64,000 nucleotides of DNA from Candidatus Coatesbacteria bacterium (lineage in GTDB: Bacteria > RBG-13-66-14). The notes under the pieces are model-generated. The model ran no database searches, was not told the origin of the DNA, and saw only the letters and a program-made list of their open reading frames with translations. Each line of letters opens with the position of its first letter. Positions within the stretch are counted from its first letter, which is position 1. Shown piece after piece: positions 18,582 to 27,096 of the stretch. A program made the translations under genes and the position numbers. The stretch covers positions 14,815-78,814 of the forward strand of contig WJLX01000003.1 in assembly GCA_014728225.1 (NCBI GenBank), written 5' to 3'.

Positions 18582-19697
18582 TTACAAGGTCTCGGCCAGC
18601 TTGCCGAACAGTTTGCGTTGCTCGACGCTGAGCTTCCTGGGCAGGTGGACCTTGAGCCGGACGTAGTGGTCGCCGCGGCGGCCGCTGCGCTCGTTGTGGA
18701 TACCCTTGTTCTTCAGCCGCAGCTTGGCGCCGGGCTGGGTGCCGGCGGGGACCTTGGCGCAGACCTCGCCGTGGAGGGTGGCGGTGCAGACCTCGCCGCC
18801 GAGGACGGCGGTGGTCAGCGGGATCTCCTCGGTGGTGTAGACGTCGACACCCCGACGCTCGAAGCGTGGATGGGGCTTGACGCGGACCTTGATATAGAGG
18901 TCGCCGGCGGGACCGCCGTTGCGGCCGGGCCGGCCCCGTCCGGGAAGGCGGATCTTCTGGTCCTCGCTGATACCGGCGGGGATCTTGACCGCCACGGCGG
19001 TGTCCGAGGGCGCCCGGCCGGTGCCGTTGCATTTGGGGCAGGTCTCGGTGGGCACGACGCCGCGACCGAGGCAGCGTGGGCAGGTGCGGCTGATGCCGAA
19101 ACCGCCCTGGCCCGAGGTCAAGCGGCCGCTGCCGTTGCACTGAGGGCAGTCGCCCCAGTCGGTGCCGGGTTTGCCGCCGGAGCCCTTGCACATGGGACAC
19201 TGGCCGCCCGCGGGGACCTTGACGCGGATCTTGCCCCCCCTGGCCGCCAGCTCGAAGTCCACGCTGACGGTCAGGGTCAGGTCCTCGCCGGTGGTGCTGC
19301 GCGGTTGGGCGCGGTTTCGTCCGGCGGAGCGACCGAAGCCGAACATCTCGCCCAGCAGATCGCCCAGTCCGCCGGCGCCGAAGCCGCCCCGGCCGCCGAA
19401 GTCCCTGGTCCAGGTGAAGCCGCCGTGGCCCTGTCCGCCCCGGGCTCCGCCGGAACCGCCCGTCCGCGGGTCCCAATTCCCGCCGTAACGGCGGATGGTG
19501 TCGTACTGCTTGCGTTTCTCCGGGTCCTTGAGGACGTCGTAGGCCTCGCCGACCTCCTTGAAGCGGCGCTCGGCGTCGGCGTCGCCCTTGTTACGGTCGG
19601 GATGGTACTTCTTGGCCAGCTCGCGGTAGGCGCGCTTGACGTCCTCCGTCGAGGCGTCCTCGGGAATGCCCAGAATCTGGTAGTAGTCCTTACTCAT
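18582..19697 (-). CDS. dnaJ: Molecular chaperone DnaJ
   Basis: J domain ([12 protein letters not shown]...[16 protein letters not shown]), G/F-rich linker, four CxxCxGxG zinc-finger repeats, and a C-terminal domain. The true start is MSKDYY at 19697; the track N-terminal extension is spurious. Confidence 0.9.
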   Translation of the reverse strand: MSKDYYQILGIPEDASTEDVKRAYRELAKKYHPDRNKGDADAERRFKEVGEAYDVLKDPEKRKQYDTIRRYGGNWDPRTGGSGGARGGQGHGGFTWTRDFGGRGGFGAGGLGDLLGEMFGFGRSAGRNRAQPRSTTGEDLTLTVSVDFELAARGGKIRVKVPAGGQCPMCKGSGGKPGTDWGDCPQCNGSGRLTSGQGGFGISRTCPRCLGRGVVPTETCPKCNGTGRAPSDTAVAVKIPAGISEDQKIRLPGRGRPGRNGGPAGDLYIKVRVKPHPRFERRGVDVYTTEEIPLTTAVLGGEVCTATLHGEVCAKVPAGTQPGAKLRLKNKGIHNERSGRRGDHYVRLKVHLPRKLSVEQRKLFGKLAETL

Positions 19698-20256
19698 CGG
19701 CGTGGGTCGGGTTTTCGTCGCTTTGCTGGGCGATGACCACCTTGGCCGGGCGCAGCAACACATCGCCCAGGCGGTAGCCGTCGGCGAAGACGGCGGTCAC
19801 GGTACCCGGCTCCGCGTCGGTCTGGTCGTCGGTGGCCAGGCATTCGTGAAGCTGGGGATCGAAGTCCTCGCCGAGAGGTTTCAGCCGTTCGACACCCAGG
19901 TTGGCCAGAGCGTGGTCCAGCTTGTCGATGACGGCGTGAAGGCCCGCGCGGAAGGTCTCGGCGTCTTGGGCCTCGTGCTCGACGGCGCGGTGCAGATCGT
20001 CGACGGCGGGCAGGACGCTTTCCAGCAGCTCGCGGAAGGCGCTCAGCCGTTGCTGGCGATCGCGGTCGGCGCGGCGCTTGCGGTAGTTGTCGAACTCGGC
20101 GGCCAGGCGCAGGTAGCGGTCGTTAAGCTCGGCCAACTTCTCGGCCAGCTCGGCGGCTTCGGCGGAGCCTGCGGTTTCCTGATCGGCGCCGCTTTGTTCC
20201 ACCGACTCGTCGGCGGCGGCCGCGGGACGCTCTTCGTTGGTGCGTTCATCGCTCAT
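19690..20256 (-). CDS. grpE: Nucleotide exchange factor GrpE
   Basis: Coiled-coil [25 protein letters not shown] followed by a GrpE beta-domain. GGAGAGG RBS. Overlaps the dnaJ start by 8 bp. The track ORF 19690..20787 fuses it with upstream sequence. Confidence 0.85.
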   Translation of the reverse strand: MSDERTNEERPAAAADESVEQSGADQETAGSAEAAELAEKLAELNDRYLRLAAEFDNYRKRRADRDRQQRLSAFRELLESVLPAVDDLHRAVEHEAQDAETFRAGLHAVIDKLDHALANLGVERLKPLGEDFDPQLHECLATDDQTDAEPGTVTAVFADGYRLGDVLLRPAKVVIAQQSDENPTHADE

Positions 20257-20264
20257 CGCTGGGG

Positions 20265-20741
20265 TTACCTCTCCAGTAAGGGTTTCAGGTCGTCGTCCAG
20301 GCGCTTGAGGGCCAGCCGGGCCTGGCCGAGGTTGCCGTCGCGGTCGAGGCCGAGGCCGACGACGTAGTGTTCGGCCAGGTGATGGATCAACAGCCGGGCG
20401 CTGGAGGTTTCGATGATCAACTGCTGGACGTCGCCGGTGCCCGCTTCGTCGCTGGCCCGGCGGGCGACGCGCAGGGCCTCGACGAAGGCGTCGGCGGCGG
20501 TGTCGGGGCGGAAGCCCCGCGCCTCCGTCCAGGCGCCGACCATGATCCCGCTGTCCTCGAACAGGGCGGCGGCGAAACCGCCCCGGACGCTCTTGACGCT
20601 GTGACGCAGTATTTGTGCGAGCCGTTCGTCGATGGCTGCCTCCGGGGGACAGATTGACGGTACGACGGTGGCAGGTCTGCCTAATCGGCACACCCGGGCG
20701 GCGTATCCGGCCCCAACGGGGCGCCCCATTTTTATGTGCAA
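20265..20741 (-). CDS. Roadblock/LC7 (MglB-like) domain protein
   Basis: ...DSGIMVGAWTEARGF...IIETSSARLLIHHLAEHYVVGLGLDRDGNLGQARLAL matches the Roadblock/LC7 fold pattern. Exact start uncertain. Confidence 0.5.
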   Translation of the reverse strand: MHIKMGRPVGAGYAARVCRLGRPATVVPSICPPEAAIDERLAQILRHSVKSVRGGFAAALFEDSGIMVGAWTEARGFRPDTAADAFVEALRVARRASDEAGTGDVQQLIIETSSARLLIHHLAEHYVVGLGLDRDGNLGQARLALKRLDDDLKPLLER

Positions 20742-22357
20742 GAATCGTGCCGAACTGGTCGATCCGCTGGGGCGGGTTGCAGAACACGGCCGCCGAGGCG
20801 TCGCCCGAAGGCCCGGTCGTGGCTGATGTAGAGCAGGCTGCCCTCGTAGGCGTCCAGGGCCTTCTCCAGGGCCTCGATGCTCTTCAAGTCCAGGTGGGCG
20901 GTGGGCTCGTCGAGGAGCAGCAGATTGGCCCCGCCGAGGCAGATCAGCGCCAGAAACAGCCGGGCCCGCTCACCCCCGGAGAGTTCGCTGACCGGGGTGT
21001 GGATGCTCTCACCGGTGAACAGCAGGCGGGCCAGCAGGTGCCGGATCTCCCGCCGCTCGGCCGTCGTTCTAGCGCGGACGGTCTGCCAGACCGTGCCGTC
21101 GGTGGGCAGGCCGAGGGTCCGCTGATCGGCGTGGAAGGCCTGGACATTGGCGCCCAGGCCGCACTCGCCGCCGGTGGGCTGGAGCTCGCCGGTCAGCAGG
21201 CGCAGCAGGGTGCTCTTGCCGCTGCCGTTGGGACCGGCGAGGCGCAGCCGGCGGCCCCGGTAGAGGGTGAAGTCCAGACCGGCGAAGAGTTCGGGGCCGC
21301 CGGGGTGGGCGAAGCGCAGGTCGCGGGCGTAGGCCGCGACCTCGCCCGAGCGGGCCGCCGGACCCAGGGGCGGGCGGATGTGCAGGGTGTAGGACTTGGG
21401 CGGGGTCAAGCGTTCCTGTTCGATCTCGGCGATGCGGCGCTGGACGACCTTGACCGTCTTGCTCAGCTTGGCGGCCTTGCGGTCGTAGTACATCGAGCCG
21501 CGGCGGTTGGCGTGAGCCGTGCCGGCGAAGCCGCCGCCCTGGCCCTCGATGGTGCGCACGATGCCCAGGCGGCGGTTCATCCCCGCCAGGAGCTTCCGCC
21601 GCTCGCGCTTGGCCTGGTGGAAGTCCTCCCAGGCGGCGGCCAGCTCGGCGTCCCGTCGCTCGCGGTAGGCGCTGTAGCCACCGTGGTAGCGCCGCAGTCC
21701 GCCGTCTTCCAGCTCCAGGGTTTCGTCGGCCACGGTGTCGAGGAAGTCCCGATCGTGGCTGACCACGATGAAGGCTGCGTCGAGTTCGGCCAGCAGGGCT
21801 TCGGCCTGGCGCAGGCCCTCGAGGTCGAGGTGGTTGGTCGGTTCATCGAGCAGCAACAGGTCGGGTTCGGCGGCCAGCAGGACGGCCAGGTCGAAACGGG
21901 CCAGCTCTCCGCCGGAGAGCTCCAGCGCCGGGGCGTCGAGGCGCTTCTCGGGCAGACCCAGCCGCCCGGCCAGGCGGATCAGCCGCTCGGCGCGCTCATA
22001 ACCCCGACGGTTGACCAGTTCGTCGACGGCGGCGGTGTCGCCCTCCAGACCGCGCAGCCATAAACGGCCCAAGCCGGGTTGCAGGCGCTCGAGGCCGCGG
22101 ATCAGCAGCCGGCGATCGTCGGGCGCTTCCTCGGCGAAGGCCCCCTGTTCCAGCAGGGCGATCCGCACGTCGGCGGCCCGATGGATGGTGCCGGCGTCGG
22201 GTTCCAGGCGCTCGCTGATAATTTTGAGTAGGGTCGATTTGCCGCCGCCGTTCTCGCCGATCAAGGCCAGGTGGTCCCGGCGGCCGACCTCCAGCTCCAG
22301 GTCGTCGAGCACGAGACGGTGGCCGAAGCTCTTGGATATCCCTTGCAGTTTCAGCAT
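20732..22357 (-). CDS. ABC-F family ATPase (two ABC domains, no transmembrane domain)
   Basis: Two Walker A motifs (GENGGGKST, GPNGSGKST), two LSGGE signatures and Walker B motifs (LLLLDEP), with a linker between the ABC domains. The true start MLKLQGISKSF is at 22357 with an AAGGAG RBS; the track ORF to 22618 is over-extended. Confidence 0.85.
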   Translation of the reverse strand: MLKLQGISKSFGHRLVLDDLELEVGRRDHLALIGENGGGKSTLLKIISERLEPDAGTIHRAADVRIALLEQGAFAEEAPDDRRLLIRGLERLQPGLGRLWLRGLEGDTAAVDELVNRRGYERAERLIRLAGRLGLPEKRLDAPALELSGGELARFDLAVLLAAEPDLLLLDEPTNHLDLEGLRQAEALLAELDAAFIVVSHDRDFLDTVADETLELEDGGLRRYHGGYSAYRERRDAELAAAWEDFHQAKRERRKLLAGMNRRLGIVRTIEGQGGGFAGTAHANRRGSMYYDRKAAKLSKTVKVVQRRIAEIEQERLTPPKSYTLHIRPPLGPAARSGEVAAYARDLRFAHPGGPELFAGLDFTLYRGRRLRLAGPNGSGKSTLLRLLTGELQPTGGECGLGANVQAFHADQRTLGLPTDGTVWQTVRARTTAERREIRHLLARLLFTGESIHTPVSELSGGERARLFLALICLGGANLLLLDEPTAHLDLKSIEALEKALDAYEGSLLYISHDRAFGRRLGGRVLQPAPADRPVRHDSCT

Positions 22358-22927
22358 CCGCACTCCTTTCTCCTTTTCCGGGGTTGCGCTGAGCGCCGGG
22401 CTCCCCCCGGGGCCGTCACAGTTATTGCAGGCCGGCCGACCCGGCGGGGCCGGGTCGGCGGCGCAATAACCTGCGCCGGCCCCTGCGGTTTTTTTGTTTA
22501 CCACCCCATGCCGCATCGTCGGCGCCGGGATGGAAAAAAGCCGTCGGTGCGCGTGGCGCGGACCGACGGATACCCATCCCGTTGCTGCTCGATTGTGGTT
22601 GAAGCTCGCGCAGGCCAACCCGCCCGCTGGTTTACGGGCGGTGGATGCGGTGGGTGGCCTGGTGGTTTTGGGTCGGCCCGTTACAGCGACCCCTCATCCA
22701 GCCCACCCTCCGTCGGTTGGGCTACGCGTTGAACATGTAGGGCGGCTCCCGTTGGGGTTTTGTTACTTTTCCGTGGCGACGTCTCCGCGGCGACTTCGTT
22801 GGTGCGCGTCGGGGTTGGGGTGTCGCGAACGGCTGATCTTGATGTGGACAATATAGCAGGAAGCCGGAGGTATGGCAAGGGGGCGGTGGATTGCCGCTGT
22901 GCGGAATAAAGATGGGGATCGTCTACC

Positions 22928-23646
22928 GTGTTCGGACCGCTACCTGTCTGTAACCTGCTGTTAACATCCGGGATGGGCTGTGATATTCTGCCACGAAAAG
23001 GCGATCAACAAGTGGCGGAAAACCGAGCAACCGACCGGCCCAGTTGTTGCCCAAAATGTAACCATAGAACGCACTATAAGTTGGCCGACGGCAGATGTAA
23101 ATGCAAGAATTACGGAAAGAATTATGCCCATCGACCAAGATATGCAAAGCTATCTTGCAAACCTATCTCAAGAGAAGCAAAAAGAGATAGCTCGCTTATT
23201 ATGGCTGCGCGTTCCGACGGCCGCCGCGGCCAGGGCGGTCGGCGTATCCGCTAAAACAGCAGCCAAAGGTGCAATCGACTTACAATCGACTTACAATCGA
23301 CTTACAATCGACCAAGGGAGCGCCGCGCCGCCCCTCGCCAGGCCGCGCTCGACCCGACCGTCTACCCCGCTATGCCGACGGCCGGCGGGCCTGGACGAAA
23401 CTGTCGCTCAACGGTTTACACCACAAGCGGATCAAGCATGACAAGACACGGGTTGACGGCAAGCAACGGCCTCGAGAGCTCCCGGGGCTACGCCAAACGA
23501 CGGCTAAAGGCCGCTCACGGCGGCTTAAAGGCAACTTCAGGCGCTGTATCAGAGAAGGGTCGTTCCGCTTCAAGCATCGTGACGACGAAAACGCGCTCGA
23601 CTACCCGCAGGATGCACTGCTCAATTGGTCCGCTCAGGTTACATGA
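22928..23646 (+). mobile_element. Low-GC IS1595-family transposase remnant (frameshifted N-terminal zinc ribbon/HTH plus C-terminal DDE tail); boundaries approximate
   Basis: CPKCNHRTHYKLADGRCKCKNYGKNY zinc ribbon, then frameshift, then LRVPTAAAARAVGVSAKTA HTH, then 11-bp tandem repeats, then YADGRRAWTKLSLNGLHHKRI...FRFKHRDDENALDYPQDALLNW. GC content is markedly lower than surrounding genes. Confidence 0.6.
23273..23312. repeat. Tandem repeat, about 3.5 copies of the 11-bp unit ATCGACTTACA
   Basis: CAATCGACTTACAATCGACTTACAATCGACTTACAATCGACC sits at the junction between the N- and C-terminal transposase fragments. Confidence 0.7.
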
Positions 23647-23683
23647 TGCCTAAGGATTATACTCGGCCTTTAGGGAGGTAACG

Positions 23684-24265
23684 GTGCTGAGTGTTTTCGA
23701 GATCGCGGCCCTGGCGGTGGCGCTGGCGATGGACGCCCTGGCGGTGGCCGTCGCCGCCGGGGTGACCCTGCGGCGGGTCGATTGCCGCCAGACCTTCCGC
23801 CTGGGCTGGCATTTTGGTTTCTTCCAGGCCCTGATGACCATCGTCGGCTGGGCCGTCGGGCTGGCCGTCTACCGCCTGATCGCCGCCCTCGACCACTGGG
23901 TGGCTTTTGGCTTGCTGTTGCTGATCGGCGGCAAGATGATCGTCGAGTCCCGGCGCGGCGGCGCGGCCGACGGAGAGCGTTGGGATTATGAACCAACCCG
24001 GGGCTGGTCCCTGGTGCTGTTGTCGCTGGCCACCAGCATCGACGCCCTGGCGGCGGGCCTGAGTCTGTCGCTGCTCGGGGTGAGTATCTGGCTGCCGGCG
24101 CTGGTCATCGGGCTCGTCGCCGGTCTGTTCACCGTCGGGGGCCTTCACCTGGGGGCGCTGATCGGCCGGAAGACAGATCTGGGCCGCTGGGCCGAACTGG
24201 CCGGCGGCATCGTGCTGGTCTTGATCGGGGTCTGGGTGCTCTATCGGCACGGGGTGTTCTGCTGA
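23684..24265 (+). CDS. mntP: Manganese efflux pump MntP (DUF204 family)
   Basis: Six TM segments with two DUF204 half-repeats (ALAMDALAVAVAAG... / ATSIDALAAGLSLS). AGGGAGG RBS and GTG start at 23684. Confidence 0.75.
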   Translation: MLSVFEIAALAVALAMDALAVAVAAGVTLRRVDCRQTFRLGWHFGFFQALMTIVGWAVGLAVYRLIAALDHWVAFGLLLLIGGKMIVESRRGGAADGERWDYEPTRGWSLVLLSLATSIDALAAGLSLSLLGVSIWLPALVIGLVAGLFTVGGLHLGALIGRKTDLGRWAELAGGIVLVLIGVWVLYRHGVFC

Positions 24266-24821
24266 TGTTTATCACGGAGGGCCATCCACCGGGCCGGCAT
24301 GCTTCTTGCATTCCGCGGGCCTTCCTTCCCGGAAGGCCCGCGGGCAACAAGCCCGCCGGCCCTCTATGACTCGTCGCTGCCCCCACCGCTGGTCGCCGTA
24401 TGGAGACGTTGCGGGGAGGCGTTGCGGGATAGCGGCTTGAGGACAAGCAGGGAGGCATCTCGCCGCTTCTGGACCATAGCGCCGGGAGTGGAGACCGTTG
24501 TTTCAAATCGCGGGGAGGGCTGCTGGGGGACGTCGTCGTCGTCGGTTTTACCGACGGCTTTCGACAGCGGGCGATTATCAGTTCTAACTGGTTGGTGTTG
24601 AGTGGTATAGGGCTAGATGCTCGCTGATGGGATCAGCAGTGCCGGCAGTCGAGCATACAGGTCCGGGTTGTTGGGTTCGGTTTGACGACATTGACGCCCC
24701 TCGAGCTCTGCCGCAACAACACAAATCAAGGGGCTTGACCGGTTTGCTTCCGGCTGCCTTTCTAGGAACGGATCATAGAACTGGATTGGCCCGTTGCCGT
24801 TACGTGATCCCATAAAGAGAA

Positions 24822-24845
24822 GGGCCGACGGCTGTCGGCCCGTAA
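24822..24845 (-). terminator. Putative intrinsic terminator of the phosphodiesterase gene
   Basis: GGGCCGAC-GGCT-GTCGGCCC hairpin about 30 nt 3' of the stop at 24870, followed on the minus strand by TTCTCTTTAT. Confidence 0.45.
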
Positions 24846-24869
24846 TCGTTCGTAGTAGTTGATTGCGGT

Positions 24870-27077
24870 TCAGGGACCGGCGGAAACCAGGCTCCTGCCG
24901 TCCATCGCCTCGGGCACTTCGAGGCCCAGGTAGTCGAGGATCGTCGGCGCCAGGTCGATCAGCCGGGGCCGGCCGGCGGAGAGGTCGAGTTCGCGGTTGC
25001 AGAACAGGATCGAGGTGACCACGTCGGGGGCGACGCCGCAATGGTCGGCGCTCCAGCGCTTGACCTGGTCGCTGAGGGTGTACTGCTCCAGACCGCCCAG
25101 GCAGGATTGCCAACTGACGCGGTAGCCCTCGTTGAAGCCGACGATCAGGTCGGGGGCGTACTCCATGGCGTCGCCGTGGTAGATTTCGTCACCGCGGTAG
25201 ACATCGACGAAGACGGGTACGGGTTCCGGGGCCTCGGGGTCGTCGACGGCGTAGACGACGTCGCCCTCGCTGGTCGGTCGGGGTCCGACGGGGGGGTTGG
25301 TGTCGTGGAGGTCGAGCATGTCGCGGCGGATGCTGTCGACGACGGCGTCGTAGTCCTCGGGGCTGACGGAGCCCTGGGTCTCGCGACCCTCGAGGTTGAC
25401 GTAGATGCCGCTGAGGCCGAGGGAGTAGGCCTGGGTCCTGGACCAGTCGACGCCGGGGAAGAAGAAGCCCTGGCCGCCGAAGAGGTCCTCGAGGTTGAAC
25501 TCCTCGCCGAAGCCGAAGCCTTCCTTGAGTACCATGTAGCCGTTCTCGACCAGCCAGGTGTTGAGGTTGACGCTGCGGCGGAAGGAGGCGAAGCCGTGAT
25601 CGCTGAGCACCATCAGGACGTCGTCATCCTCCAGGCGCTCGCGGAACCAGCCGACTACCTCGTCCATAAAGGCGTAGACCTCGAGGATGGCGTCCTCGAA
25701 CTCAGCGGCCAACTCGGCGTCGTACATCGGATGGTTGGGGTCGATGAAGCGCCACATCATGTGCTGGACACGGTCGGTGCATTGGAAGACGGCCAGCATC
25801 AGCTCGGGTTCCTTTTCCTCGAAGAGGTACCGGGCGTTGGCCAGCCGCTGGTCGGCGGCGTCCCAGAGGTTTTCCATGAAGGTGGCCTCGTCGATGCGGT
25901 TCTCGGAGAGGCTGAAGGTGTCGATGGCCCAGCCCTGGGTGTAGTAGAGGCCGGCCTCCTCGGCGACTTCGCGGGAGAGCTCGCCCGGACAACTGATGTC
26001 GACGAGGGGGTCGCGGGGATCGAAGGTGATCGGGTGCAGGTAGATGCGCAGCGGGTCGGCGGAGAGGACCTTGAGTTTGCTGATACCGTGGACGGTGATC
26101 AGGGCGTTGGCCTCGAAGTCGAACTCCAGCCAGTCGCTCCATTCGTTCTCGCCCAGGGTCAGTTGCTGGTCGTCGATCTCCAGGGTGATGCGGCCGTCGT
26201 CCAGACGGCGCCCGGAGGCCTCGATGATGATATCGGGGTTCTGTTCGAGATACTCTAGCTCTTCGGCGGTCAGGGCGCGGAACTGCTGATCGTGCAGCAG
26301 CTCGCGCTGGCGATCGAGGACCACGGGGTTGGGGGTGCCCGGAATACGGAAGTCGAAGGAGCCGTCGCGCTCCAGCTTGAGCTTGGCCAGGATGCCGCCG
26401 AACTCGGTGTTGGCCTCGACGTTGGGCGGCAGGTCCTCGGCCCAGTAGTAGAAGGTGCCCTGGGTTTTGCGCACGTCGGGCACGCCGAGACCGGAGAGGC
26501 TTTCGCCGGCGATCTGGGGCGAGGGGAAGGTCACCGGGAGCTGCATCAGCGCCTGATGGACCCCGGCCTCATCGGCGACGTCGTAGAACTTGACGCCGCG
26601 CTGGCGGCACTCGACCTTGGGCATCTGGATGGGGATCAGTCCCCAGAGGAACTCGGCTTCGGCGATCTCCTCGACCATCGAATAGAAGGGGGTATAGGTC
26701 TGGGGATCGCGCAGGAGGAAGTCGTAGATGCCGTGCTTGCCGGGGTTGGAGCCCGTAGTGAAGCTGGACCAGCAGACCGGGCTCTGGGAGGGTGCGGGGG
26801 GCAGCGTTGGGCTGTAGCTGCCCTCGCGGCGCAGGGCCCAGAGGTTGGGGAAGCGCTCGGGATGCTCCTCCATGTAGCGTTCGAGCAGGTCGGAATCGAC
26901 GCCGTCGAAACCCAGCACCACCACCCGGCTGTCGAAATCGCGGAAGTGCGGGATGCCCTGCAGCTCGGCGGCGGCAAAGAAGATCACCACCACCAGGCCG
27001 ACGACGGCCAGGCGGATCAGCCAGCGCAGGGGGAGGATCAGGCGGTTGTTGTCTTGGCGCGGTTTGTCCTCAGGCAT
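24870..27077 (-). CDS. Membrane-anchored type I phosphodiesterase / nucleotide pyrophosphatase (alkaline-phosphatase superfamily)
   Basis: N-terminal TM helix. VVLGFDGVDSD metal-site motif, TTGSNPGKHGIYDF (TGxxPxxHGI hallmark of the NPP family), and VLSDHGF. Confidence 0.7.
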   Translation of the reverse strand: MPEDKPRQDNNRLILPLRWLIRLAVVGLVVVIFFAAAELQGIPHFRDFDSRVVVLGFDGVDSDLLERYMEEHPERFPNLWALRREGSYSPTLPPAPSQSPVCWSSFTTGSNPGKHGIYDFLLRDPQTYTPFYSMVEEIAEAEFLWGLIPIQMPKVECRQRGVKFYDVADEAGVHQALMQLPVTFPSPQIAGESLSGLGVPDVRKTQGTFYYWAEDLPPNVEANTEFGGILAKLKLERDGSFDFRIPGTPNPVVLDRQRELLHDQQFRALTAEELEYLEQNPDIIIEASGRRLDDGRITLEIDDQQLTLGENEWSDWLEFDFEANALITVHGISKLKVLSADPLRIYLHPITFDPRDPLVDISCPGELSREVAEEAGLYYTQGWAIDTFSLSENRIDEATFMENLWDAADQRLANARYLFEEKEPELMLAVFQCTDRVQHMMWRFIDPNHPMYDAELAAEFEDAILEVYAFMDEVVGWFRERLEDDDVLMVLSDHGFASFRRSVNLNTWLVENGYMVLKEGFGFGEEFNLEDLFGGQGFFFPGVDWSRTQAYSLGLSGIYVNLEGRETQGSVSPEDYDAVVDSIRRDMLDLHDTNPPVGPRPTSEGDVVYAVDDPEAPEPVPVFVDVYRGDEIYHGDAMEYAPDLIVGFNEGYRVSWQSCLGGLEQYTLSDQVKRWSADHCGVAPDVVTSILFCNRELDLSAGRPRLIDLAPTILDYLGLEVPEAMDGRSLVSAGP

Positions 27078-27096
27078 CGTCTGCTCCCGATTGCTG

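Noticed and set aside
18384-19736. 450-aa + strand ORF
   Set aside because: Antisense shadow of dnaJ that overlaps the tRNA-Asn locus.
23657-24250. 197-aa minus-strand ORF
   Set aside because: Antisense of mntP. The sense strand has a clear DUF204 duplicated membrane topology.
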